Positions 28,218 to 36,474 of a DNA stretch of 64,000 nt are shown here, piece by piece. The position numbers and the translations under genes were made by a program. How positions within the stretch are numbered: the first letter of the stretch is position 1; the number at the start of each line of letters is the position of its first letter. The stretch is from a virus (lineage: Duplodnaviria > Caudoviricetes): IMG/VR virus record IMGVR_UViG_3300010885_082162, positions 8,039-72,038 of that record. One strand, given 5' to 3'. The notes under the pieces are model-generated. The model worked only from the letters and a program-made list of their open reading frames with translations, searched no databases and was not told the origin of the DNA.

Positions 28218-28991
28218 ATGACAAAAAAGATATTAGTAATTGGTGAATCTTGTAAAGATGTTTTCATCTACGGTAGTGTTGAAAGATTTGCTCCCGAGGC
28301 ACCTGCGCCCGTATTTTTAGAATTATCTAGTAATGAAAATCCAGGCATGGCTGCCAATGTTCAAAACAACATAATGTCTTTAAGCGTTTCATGCGACATT
28401 ATGACTAATTCAAACTGGGAAACAATTAAAAAAACAAGATATATGGACGATAGAACAAATCATATGTTTGTTAGAGTCGATACCAATGATAAAAGTTACT
28501 CAAAATTTATTCTTAACAGTGAAACGCTTGACAAGATTTTAGGTTATGACGTTGTTGTCATATCTGACTATGACAAAGGCTTTATAACAAGCGATGACAT
28601 CTTGAGAATTTCATCTTCACATCAAAATGTTCTCTTAGATACTAAAAAAGTCTTAGGAGATTGGTGTAGAAATGTGAAATACATAAAAATCAATAGAGAC
28701 GAATATGAAAAATCTAAAGATGCAATTGATGAAAATATTTCTAGCAAACTAATCATAACTCAAGGTAAAGAAGGCTGTGTTTTTCAAAATAAGCTTTTAA
28801 AGGTAAAAAAAGTAAGCATAAGAGATGTCTCAGGAGCCGGTGATACTTTTATGGCAGCGCTAGCAGTTAAGATTGCAAATGAAGTAAAAATTGAAGGTGC
28901 AATAAAGTTTGCAAATGAATGCGCAACAGTCGTCGTACAAAAAAGAGGAGTATCAGTCATCAATGATAGTATGGACAAACGGCTGCTTTGA
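28218..28991 (+). CDS. PfkB-family kinase, HldE/RfaE domain I-like (heptose-7-phosphate kinase)
   Basis: VIGESCKD, PEAPAPV, GMAANV, ISDYDKG, DVSGAGDTF. Confidence 0.85.
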   Translation: MTKKILVIGESCKDVFIYGSVERFAPEAPAPVFLELSSNENPGMAANVQNNIMSLSVSCDIMTNSNWETIKKTRYMDDRTNHMFVRVDTNDKSYSKFILNSETLDKILGYDVVVISDYDKGFITSDDILRISSSHQNVLLDTKKVLGDWCRNVKYIKINRDEYEKSKDAIDENISSKLIITQGKEGCVFQNKLLKVKKVSIRDVSGAGDTFMAALAVKIANEVKIEGAIKFANECATVVVQKRGVSVINDSMDKRLL

Positions 28992-29358
28992 TTGCATTCA
29001 TGCAGGTCACGTTGAGATACTTGACTACGCCAGAAAAAAAGGTCATAAACTGATTGTTGGTATCGACTCTGACGATAGAGTGAAAAAATCAAAAGGTGCC
29101 AACAGACCTATTCATAGTCAAGATAGCAGAAAAAGAGTGCTTGAGTCGATTAAACACGTAGATGAAGTTGTAATTTTTTCTTCTGACGAAGAGCTTGTAG
29201 AATGTATTAAAAAATCTGGCGCATCTCTCATTGTCGTTGGATCAGACTACATAGATAAAAAAGTAATAGGCTCTGAATTAGTAGAAGTTAATTTTTTTAA
29301 GAGAATACCGGAATTTTCAAGCACAAAAATAATAGAAAAAGGAGGCCTCAATGAGTAG
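28963..29358 (+). CDS. HldE/RfaE domain II-like nucleotidyltransferase (heptose-1-phosphate adenylyl/cytidylyltransferase family)
   Basis: Likely start 28963; NGCFDCIHAGH (HxGH), LIVGIDSD, RPI, VGSDY, SSTKII. Confidence 0.88.
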   Translation: MIVWTNGCFDCIHAGHVEILDYARKKGHKLIVGIDSDDRVKKSKGANRPIHSQDSRKRVLESIKHVDEVVIFSSDEELVECIKKSGASLIVVGSDYIDKKVIGSELVEVNFFKRIPEFSSTKIIEKGGLNE

Positions 29359-29716
29359 TTTTAAAAAATTTCTTCCTGAAGAACACCCAAAAGGATGGGG
29401 GAAAGAGTTGTGGATCACAAACACAGACAAATATTGTGGAAAAATATTGTGTTTTAATAAGGGCAAGAGATGTAGTTGGCATTATCATGAAATAAAAGAT
29501 GAAGTTTTTTATCTTTTAAACGGTTTAATGGAAATAACAGTTTCTGAGTCAAATGATAGAGAAAAAGCAGAAACATTCTTTCTAAAAAAAGGAGAAACTT
29601 TTCACGTAAAGACCGGGCTGAGACATCAAATGCTAGCAATTGAAGACTCAGAATTACTTGAAGTTTCAACACGACATTTTGAAGATGATAGTATTAGAAT
29701 TATTAAGGGTGACTAA
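29351..29716 (+). CDS. cupin-domain protein (sugar isomerase-like)
   Basis: KGWGKELW, SWHYHEIKDE, RHQM, EVST. Confidence 0.8.
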   Translation: MSSFKKFLPEEHPKGWGKELWITNTDKYCGKILCFNKGKRCSWHYHEIKDEVFYLLNGLMEITVSESNDREKAETFFLKKGETFHVKTGLRHQMLAIEDSELLEVSTRHFEDDSIRIIKGD

Positions 29717-29981
29717 TGAAATTAATCACGGGTGGCACAGGCCTTTTAGGTTCAGAAATTCTTAAATTAGAACAGAATTCTGTAGGTTGCCCCACCTTGA
29801 CTATAGAAAATTCTTACAAATTGATCCTAGACTTTATCGACCCCACGAAGTGCATTTTCTCCAGGGAGCTGCCAGCAAGGCTAAAGAAAAACTTGGCTGA
29901 AAACCAAAACACACGCTTAAAGATCTTGCTCAGATGATGTATGAGATTGATTTAAAAATTGAATCAGACAAGAGGCGTTGA
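29716..29981 (+). pseudogene. chimeric remnant: RmlD-like SDR N-terminus joined out of frame to a Gmd C-terminus carrying a nonsense codon
   Basis: Frame from 29716: MKLITGGTGLLGSEIL. Frame from 29796: [52 protein letters not shown], with TGA at 29898-29900 where Gmd has Trp (LGWKP). Confidence 0.85.
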
Positions 29982-30012
29982 ACGAGACTCACACTTATTG
30001 TAGTATGTACTA

Positions 30013-30834
30013 ATGCAAGAAAATACGTCATTTGACGTTCTTCCTACGGGAAAACCGCACGTTTCATTCTCTGAAGTGAAGCTTTGGAAAGAATGTTCTT
30101 ATCATCACAATTTAGTTCACATCAAAAAATTAAGTCTTTTCAAGCCTTCACCGGCACTTGATTTTGGCACTGCAGTCCATGCTTCTTGCGAACATTATCT
30201 TTTAACTCGCGAAATGAAACCTGAAATTGCTTTTGACCACATGGAAAAAGCATGGGCAACAAATTCAACACCTGAAAATCCTGACTTTACCCAAGCTTCA
30301 TTAGCAAAATCAAAAGCAGAAGCTACAGCAATTCTTTCTGAACTCCCCCCATTTCTTGATGAAACATTTCCTGAATGGGAAACAATTTCTGCTGAACATC
30401 AATTATACGAACCAATCACCAACCACCCACATGCTTTTAAGGGGTTTATTGACGGCATCATTAAAGCAAAAGGAAAACGTGGCGAAACAATCTATTGGAT
30501 TATAGATTGGAAAACTGCAGCCCGCGGGTGGGATCGTCATAAACGCTCAGACCCAATGATCGCTGCACAGCTGGGTCTCTACAAAAACTATTGGTGTCAA
30601 AAAAACCCAGAGATTCCATTTAAGAATGTTCGAGCAGCATTTGTGATTTTAAAGAAAGCAGCAAAACCAGGCGAACATTGCGAGCTATTTTCAGTATCAC
30701 TGGGTGAAGTTCCAATTACTAGATCTTTAAAAGTCGTAAGCAATATGTTAACTTCTGTTAAAAAAGGAATTGCTTTAAAGAATAGAGATTCTTGTATGTG
30801 GTGCGAGTTTAAAAATACAGCGCACTGCACTTAA
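30013..30834 (+). CDS. PD-(D/E)XK nuclease, Cas4/AddB-like with Fe-S cysteines
   Basis: SFSEVKLWKEC, FGTAVH, KGFIDG, IIDWKT, QLGLY, CMWCEFKNTAHC. Confidence 0.88.
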   Translation: MQENTSFDVLPTGKPHVSFSEVKLWKECSYHHNLVHIKKLSLFKPSPALDFGTAVHASCEHYLLTREMKPEIAFDHMEKAWATNSTPENPDFTQASLAKSKAEATAILSELPPFLDETFPEWETISAEHQLYEPITNHPHAFKGFIDGIIKAKGKRGETIYWIIDWKTAARGWDRHKRSDPMIAAQLGLYKNYWCQKNPEIPFKNVRAAFVILKKAAKPGEHCELFSVSLGEVPITRSLKVVSNMLTSVKKGIALKNRDSCMWCEFKNTAHCT

Positions 30835-30874
30835 AAGTTGTATTTTTTATTACACTTTACTACAAGATGGTAAT

Positions 30875-32143
30875 ATGACGCTGATGCAGAAAAAAACTAT
30901 ATTAATGCTTTCAGATCATCCATTATCTACTTCTGGAGTTGGTACGCAAAGTAGATGGTTAATAAACGGATTAGTTAATACGGGAAAATATAGTTTTAAA
31001 TGCTTTGGTGGTGCTGTACAGCACGACAATTATGACTCTGTTGTTGTTAACCCAGATTTTATCATTAAGCCAACTAATGGATTTGGTGATAAGAATCTTC
31101 TAAGAAAAACACTTGCGCAGTTAAGACCTGATGCTTTAATGTTATTCACAGATCCAAGGTTCTTTATATGGGCCTGGGAGATGGCTGATGAAATTAATCA
31201 AATTTGTCCAATTGCATACTGGCATCTTTGGGATAATCCGCCATGGCCTGATTACAACAGTGTGTTATATGAGTCCACGGACTTGATTAATTGCATTAAT
31301 TATCCAACTTATGAGATGGTCAAAGAACATTTTCCTCACAAAACAAATTACATACCACATGCTGTGCCAACCGAGCTCTATAATGTATTGCCAAACGATC
31401 AAGTTCAGGAATTTAAGAAGAAGCTTTTAGGGCCTGAAAGACTTGACCATTTTACAGTTTTATATGTGTCAAGAAATGCTAGAAGAAAGATGACGAGTGA
31501 TATCCTAGTCTCTTGGAAGATGTTTATGAATGACTTGCAAGAAAAGCACGGTCATCAAAAAGCTTCTATTGTAATGCATTGCGATCCTTACGACCCAGAA
31601 GGCACAAACTTACACAGCGTGGTCGATATGCTTGGAATTCGAAACAGCGTTGTCTTTTCTAAAGATAGAATTGCTTTTGAAGACATGAATATTCTCTACA
31701 ATATGTGCGACACAGTCGTTAACAGGTCGTCAAATGAAGGTTTTGGTTTACCTCTTCTTGAAGCTAAAATGTGTGGTAAGCCAGTGATTTCAATAAAGAC
31801 TGGTGGTCTTACTAGACAAGTTGAAGACTATAAGACAGGTGAGCAATTCGGTATTGGTATAGAGCCAGAAGTGCGGTCAATGGTAGGTAATCTTATGATA
31901 CCCTACATTTACGAAGATTTTATCTCGCATGAGACACTCGCAAAGGCATTCATGGAAATGCTCTCGTGGGGCCCAGACAAGAGAAAAGAAATTGGTTTGA
32001 AGGCCATGAAACATGCTCAAAGAGATTACGTTATGGAAGATGTTGTATCTGCATGGGATAAGTCGCTAAGCAAGCTAATTGAAGATTGGAAAAATCCAGA
32101 AGCAAAACCACCAACTTGGGAAATGAAGGTGTTAGATGTTTGA
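30875..32143 (+). CDS. GT4-like glycosyltransferase
   Basis: SGVGTQ, YIPHAV, VSRNARRK, NEGFGLPLLEAKMCGKPVI. Confidence 0.9.
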   Translation: MTLMQKKTILMLSDHPLSTSGVGTQSRWLINGLVNTGKYSFKCFGGAVQHDNYDSVVVNPDFIIKPTNGFGDKNLLRKTLAQLRPDALMLFTDPRFFIWAWEMADEINQICPIAYWHLWDNPPWPDYNSVLYESTDLINCINYPTYEMVKEHFPHKTNYIPHAVPTELYNVLPNDQVQEFKKKLLGPERLDHFTVLYVSRNARRKMTSDILVSWKMFMNDLQEKHGHQKASIVMHCDPYDPEGTNLHSVVDMLGIRNSVVFSKDRIAFEDMNILYNMCDTVVNRSSNEGFGLPLLEAKMCGKPVISIKTGGLTRQVEDYKTGEQFGIGIEPEVRSMVGNLMIPYIYEDFISHETLAKAFMEMLSWGPDKRKEIGLKAMKHAQRDYVMEDVVSAWDKSLSKLIEDWKNPEAKPPTWEMKVLDV

Positions 32144-33335
32144 TAATAACTTTTTTGTCAATATGAACAGTAGAAAAAAAGTCTTGCTTAGAGCACCCGT
32201 ATTGACCCAGTCTGGTTATGGTGTTCATTCTCGACAAATTGCTCGTTGGCTTCTTTCAAAGTCTCACCTTGATGTTTCCGTTCAAGCTCTGCCTTGGGGT
32301 TCAACACCTTGGTTGATTAATAAAGATTTGTCCGGAGGCTTAATAGGCAAGATCATGGAAAAGACAGTTGACCCAACAGGTCAAAAATACGATGCTACTA
32401 TTCAGGTTCAATTACCAAATGAGTGGGATGTAAGCATGTCTGATACTAACATCGGCATCTCTGCAATTGTTGAGACAGATATCTGTAATCCTGCGTGGGT
32501 GGCCGCATGTAATAGAATGTCTAAAGTAATTGTACCTTCTACGTTCTGTCAAAGTGTTTTAAGAAACTCTGGGCAATTAACGTCTGAAGTAAAAGTCATA
32601 CCCGAATCATTCCCAGACGAGATATTAGAGCTTAAAGCCACACGCGTCGACGATATTAAATTTCAGACCCAGTTTAACTTTCTAGTAATTGGACAGATTA
32701 CAGGAAAGAACGCAGAAAATGATAGAAAAAATATCTTTTATACTATTAAGTGGTTTTGCGAAACATTTAATAAAGACAACGACGTAGGCCTAGTGATTAA
32801 AACAAACATGGGTCGAAACACCAAGATAGACAGGCAGGTAGTTGAGAATACTATTAAAGCTGTCTTGACGGAAATTAAGAAGAAAAAAGAACCAAAAATC
32901 TATCTTCTACACGGCGAAATGTCAGATTCTGAGATGGCATCTCTTTATCGACATCCACAGATAAAAGCTCTAATAACTTTATCAAGAGGTGAAGGTTATG
33001 GTTTACCTATTCTAGAGGCAGCAGCTAGTGGCCTACCTGTCATTGCCACAAACTGGTCTGGTCATCTTGACTTTATGTCAAAAGGTAAGTTTATTGAAAT
33101 CGATTTTAATCTTGGCAACGTGCATCCAACAAGAATAGATAATGAAATTTTTATTGAAAAAGCAAGATGGGCTAATCCAATTGAAGAAGATTTTAAGAAG
33201 AAAATATTAAAATTCAAATCAGCCAGCTCGTTACCCAAAGAGTGGGCAGCAAATCTCGCTGTTAAGATTAAGCAAGATTATAATTTTTCTGCCATTTCAA
33301 AGATTTATGATGAAGAGCTGAGTGTTATTTTATGA
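32136..33335 (+). CDS. GT4-like glycosyltransferase
   Basis: TQSGYG, IVPSTF, RGEGYGLPILEAAASGLPVIATNWSGH; alternative start at 32163. Confidence 0.9.
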   Translation: MFDNNFFVNMNSRKKVLLRAPVLTQSGYGVHSRQIARWLLSKSHLDVSVQALPWGSTPWLINKDLSGGLIGKIMEKTVDPTGQKYDATIQVQLPNEWDVSMSDTNIGISAIVETDICNPAWVAACNRMSKVIVPSTFCQSVLRNSGQLTSEVKVIPESFPDEILELKATRVDDIKFQTQFNFLVIGQITGKNAENDRKNIFYTIKWFCETFNKDNDVGLVIKTNMGRNTKIDRQVVENTIKAVLTEIKKKKEPKIYLLHGEMSDSEMASLYRHPQIKALITLSRGEGYGLPILEAAASGLPVIATNWSGHLDFMSKGKFIEIDFNLGNVHPTRIDNEIFIEKARWANPIEEDFKKKILKFKSASSLPKEWAANLAVKIKQDYNFSAISKIYDEELSVIL

Positions 33336-33628
33336 TTTCAGTTATCTTTGCTTGTGTATTTGCATGCTTATTTGCCGGCTCAACAGCGCTTCTAATTCGA
33401 TCAACAAAAAATAGTCTACAAATGATTGATAAGTTGGATGAACTAGAAGAACAGCTTGAGATATCTTTGAAAATACTTGAAGAAAAGTATAAACGCATCG
33501 AAGAAAAATCAAAGACAGACATTTTTTTTGATGATCCTGTTGTCAAAGATTTAGTCAAAGATATAGCTAGCTGCAGAGATGCAATTTTTGCAATAATCAA
33601 AAATTTTGACAATAAAGAAGAAAATTAA
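33332..33628 (+). CDS. small membrane-anchored coiled-coil protein
   Basis: N-terminal hydrophobic helix followed by heptads; ATGA overlap. Confidence 0.65.
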   Translation: MISVIFACVFACLFAGSTALLIRSTKNSLQMIDKLDELEEQLEISLKILEEKYKRIEEKSKTDIFFDDPVVKDLVKDIASCRDAIFAIIKNFDNKEEN

Positions 33629-33662
33629 TGAAAACTAACTAATATATGATTGTTTTTAATAA

Positions 33663-34508
33663 ATGTCTAAAGATCGAAAAAATTTCAAAAGAAAAAAAGC
33701 ATCAAATGATGATGCTGCAGCTACCAATGCAACAACAGCAACGCTAGAAGCCAAATTAGAAGATTTAACAGCTGTAGTCAATACATTAGAAGATGCTGTT
33801 GTTCAACCAAAGATTAAAGAAAAAACCAATCTCAAGCTTTACTTTAACGAAGACACGCATAGATCAATAGTTGAATTTCAGAATGTGCAAGATAGAAAGT
33901 TTAGAGATCTTTTATATGTCCAAAAGATCATGCCAGCCTTTGAAAAGCTGGTTGAAAATCTAATTAACATCTATAAATTTACAAGCATGCATGACACTTA
34001 TGAAGATCTTAAGGTCGATTGCGTTAACTTTCTTTTTGAGACAATTCATAAGTTTGATGAGACAAGAGGCTCAAACGCTTTCTCTTATTTCAATGTTGTA
34101 GCTAAAAATTGGTTGATTATAAAGACTAAGCAAAAAGCTCAAAAGATGAAAAAGCTGGTCAGCTTAGATGATCCTGATGGCCTTACGTCTTACGAAACAT
34201 GCCTCATAGAAGAATATAATTACCTGCCATTTAAAGATGCTGATGCTGAGTTTGTTAATAGAAAAGAAATAGTAACAATGCTCTATGAGATTAGAGCAAA
34301 GGCTAAATCAGAAAATGAATTATCTTGTATCAATTCGATAATTACAATTTTTGAGAATTTAGACGATATTGACTTACTAAACAAGAGTGCTATACTTCTT
34401 TACATGAGAGAACTTTCTGGGCTTTCACCTAAGCAAATGACGACAACAATGCAGTCAATTAAGAGCTATTATAAAAAGATGAAGGTAGAAACTTCAAGAT
34501 TTCAATAA
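33663..34508 (+). CDS. phage sigma factor (sigma70 region 2-like, T4 gp55-like late sigma)
   Basis: YEDLKVDCVNFLFETIHKFDETRGSNAFSYFNVVAKNWL resembles region 2.2-2.4 (KFD...AF.YF). Confidence 0.65.
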   Translation: MSKDRKNFKRKKASNDDAAATNATTATLEAKLEDLTAVVNTLEDAVVQPKIKEKTNLKLYFNEDTHRSIVEFQNVQDRKFRDLLYVQKIMPAFEKLVENLINIYKFTSMHDTYEDLKVDCVNFLFETIHKFDETRGSNAFSYFNVVAKNWLIIKTKQKAQKMKKLVSLDDPDGLTSYETCLIEEYNYLPFKDADAEFVNRKEIVTMLYEIRAKAKSENELSCINSIITIFENLDDIDLLNKSAILLYMRELSGLSPKQMTTTMQSIKSYYKKMKVETSRFQ

Positions 34509-34516
34509 TTCATTTT

Positions 34517-34873
34517 ATGAAAACAGTTGACGATGCAGAGGTATTGATAGAGAAAAAAGCTAAAGACTTTTCAGATCTATTAGATCAAATAGACGGTGTC
34601 TCAGATAAAAAGAAAAAATTGTGGAGAGAAATCTACGAGAATGCAATTGCAGACCGGCAGAATGCTTATGTCCTTTTTGTTTCTCTTGTAAAGATTGTTG
34701 AAAATGACAGTACAGAGCATGCTGTTCATGGGAAGTCTTTATCTTCATATATAGAAAAGATGAGCAAGGCAAATGATCAGCTTATAAGACTCGCTGAGCT
34801 GGTATCAAAGTCAGAAAGAGAAAATGACACAATTAATCCTGACGAGATGTTTAAGCGCATAGAGGGTCAGTGA
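34517..34873 (+). CDS. hypothetical helical protein
   Basis: ORF between the sigma factor and baseplate genes; no catalytic motif. Confidence 0.7.
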   Translation: MKTVDDAEVLIEKKAKDFSDLLDQIDGVSDKKKKLWREIYENAIADRQNAYVLFVSLVKIVENDSTEHAVHGKSLSSYIEKMSKANDQLIRLAELVSKSERENDTINPDEMFKRIEGQ

Positions 34874-34874
34874 A

Positions 34875-36458
34875 ATGGGTATTACACCAAGGGATTACAT
34901 ACAATCGACCGACATAGCAACTGATTTTGTTGAAGGAAGATTAATAAGTCCACGCTCACAGCTTAAAACTGATATAATCCAAAATCCAACATTTAAAAAG
35001 ATGGTGGTGCTTGATGTAGTGTCAGATCCTGTGAGTGTTTTAGACATAAATGATAAAAAAATTGAATATTGGCGTAACGTCCTAAGCGTCTCAAATATGA
35101 AATATGCATCGGTATTGCCCAGAAATACTGTTGTAGGTCATTTTATTTATTCTCTTGATAGTCCTATCTTTGCTTTCCCATTTTTTCCATCCCATTTTGC
35201 TTTACCATGCAAACCAGGTGAAACTGTTTGGGTTATGGTTCCTGATCCAAATGCTTCTGATAATCCATCATTAGTTTTTTGGATGTGCAGGGTTACTGAA
35301 CCTCACTTTGCTGATGATGTAAACCATACACATTCACCAAGAGTCCAAGATATTTCTTTTGCAGGCGTTGATAAATCATCTAAAAAAGATAGATCTGAAA
35401 ATGGTGGAAAGACTAGCCCATACTATGAATTAAGAAACGGCAATATTTTACTCGAAGGTAACGATAGAAGAAGAATCGATAGAAATAATCTTTACATCGA
35501 AACAGCCGAAGAAGAAGACTATTTTGAAAATTTAGTAAGATTAACAGACTCTGCAAGAGTAATGCAGTATGAAGCTATTCCAAGATTTAAGAAGCGACCA
35601 GGAGACATTGTTCTCGAAGGCACAAATAATTCGCTAATAGTTCTCGGCACGGACAGAACATCTAGCCTCGCTAAGTATGAAGACACAAAAACAGTGTTAG
35701 GCTTCTCCCCTTCATTTAATACTAAAGATATGCAAGGTGATGCAGGAAGCATCGATCTTGTCGTAGGAAGAGGTCAAACAAAAGAAACGCTTGGTAAAGT
35801 GGTTAGTACTACTTCAATATTTGGTGCAGAGGGCAAAATAAAAGGCAAAGAGATAAAGAAAGAGCTCGGCAAAGCTGAAGATGAATTGTCAAAGCAAGAA
35901 GGTGACTTTGACTTAATCAATGATAGAAGTAGAATACAGATATCTCAAAAGACGAAGGTTGACACTAATTACGGATTAGCTACTTACAATTCATCATTTA
36001 GCACAGGTAACACTAGACTTGGTACGCCAATTGCTGATAATGCTGATGGAGATTCTGCAATAGTTATAAAGACTGATAAGATCAGACTCATAGCACGTTC
36101 CGATGTTGAAATACTTGTGTCTTCATATGAAGAGACTGTTAATGCCAAAGAGGCAAAGATAAAGAATGAACTTGTTGATACAACAAAGTGGGCATCGATT
36201 GTTATTAAGAGCAACGGTGATATCGTGTTTAAACCTTCAGCGCTTGGCTACATAAAGCTTGGCGGAGATGATGCCAATCTTGGTGTAATCTGCTCAGACA
36301 CCGCAGTTATTCCCTCAAACGGAACTGTTGAGGGACCGCCAATGATCACAACGATGGGCGGTCAGTTTGCTGGCTCTTCTGCCACAGGAATTGGTGAAAA
36401 TAGGCAAGTTCTAGCCACGGGACAAGCAAAATATGCAAGCAAGGTCCTGATTAAGTAG
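34875..36458 (+). CDS. baseplate hub/spike protein (gp5/VgrG-like)
   Basis: OB-fold-like FPFFPSHFALPCKPGETVWVM, PGDIVLEGTNNSLIVLG, beta-helix-like IVIKTDKIRLIAR / IVIKSNGDIVF; located upstream of the gp25-like gene. Confidence 0.6.
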   Translation: MGITPRDYIQSTDIATDFVEGRLISPRSQLKTDIIQNPTFKKMVVLDVVSDPVSVLDINDKKIEYWRNVLSVSNMKYASVLPRNTVVGHFIYSLDSPIFAFPFFPSHFALPCKPGETVWVMVPDPNASDNPSLVFWMCRVTEPHFADDVNHTHSPRVQDISFAGVDKSSKKDRSENGGKTSPYYELRNGNILLEGNDRRRIDRNNLYIETAEEEDYFENLVRLTDSARVMQYEAIPRFKKRPGDIVLEGTNNSLIVLGTDRTSSLAKYEDTKTVLGFSPSFNTKDMQGDAGSIDLVVGRGQTKETLGKVVSTTSIFGAEGKIKGKEIKKELGKAEDELSKQEGDFDLINDRSRIQISQKTKVDTNYGLATYNSSFSTGNTRLGTPIADNADGDSAIVIKTDKIRLIARSDVEILVSSYEETVNAKEAKIKNELVDTTKWASIVIKSNGDIVFKPSALGYIKLGGDDANLGVICSDTAVIPSNGTVEGPPMITTMGGQFAGSSATGIGENRQVLATGQAKYASKVLIK

Positions 36459-36474
36459 TAAAATATCTATCACT

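Noticed and set aside
29898-29900. TGA read as Trp (alternative genetic code)
   Set aside because: TGA terminates many intact genes here (ATGA overlaps), Trp is encoded by TGG elsewhere, and the fragment also lacks its 5' part.
30013-30834. CRISPR-Cas locus suggested by the Cas4-like nuclease
   Set aside because: No cas1/cas2 or effector genes and no repeat-spacer array seen in the window.
4560-33335. DNA hypermodification cluster
   Set aside because: No hydroxymethylase, TET/JBP, thymidylate-synthase homologue or nucleotide kinase is present, and the GT types are oligosaccharide-building. Not fully excluded for the PhyH/radical SAM block.
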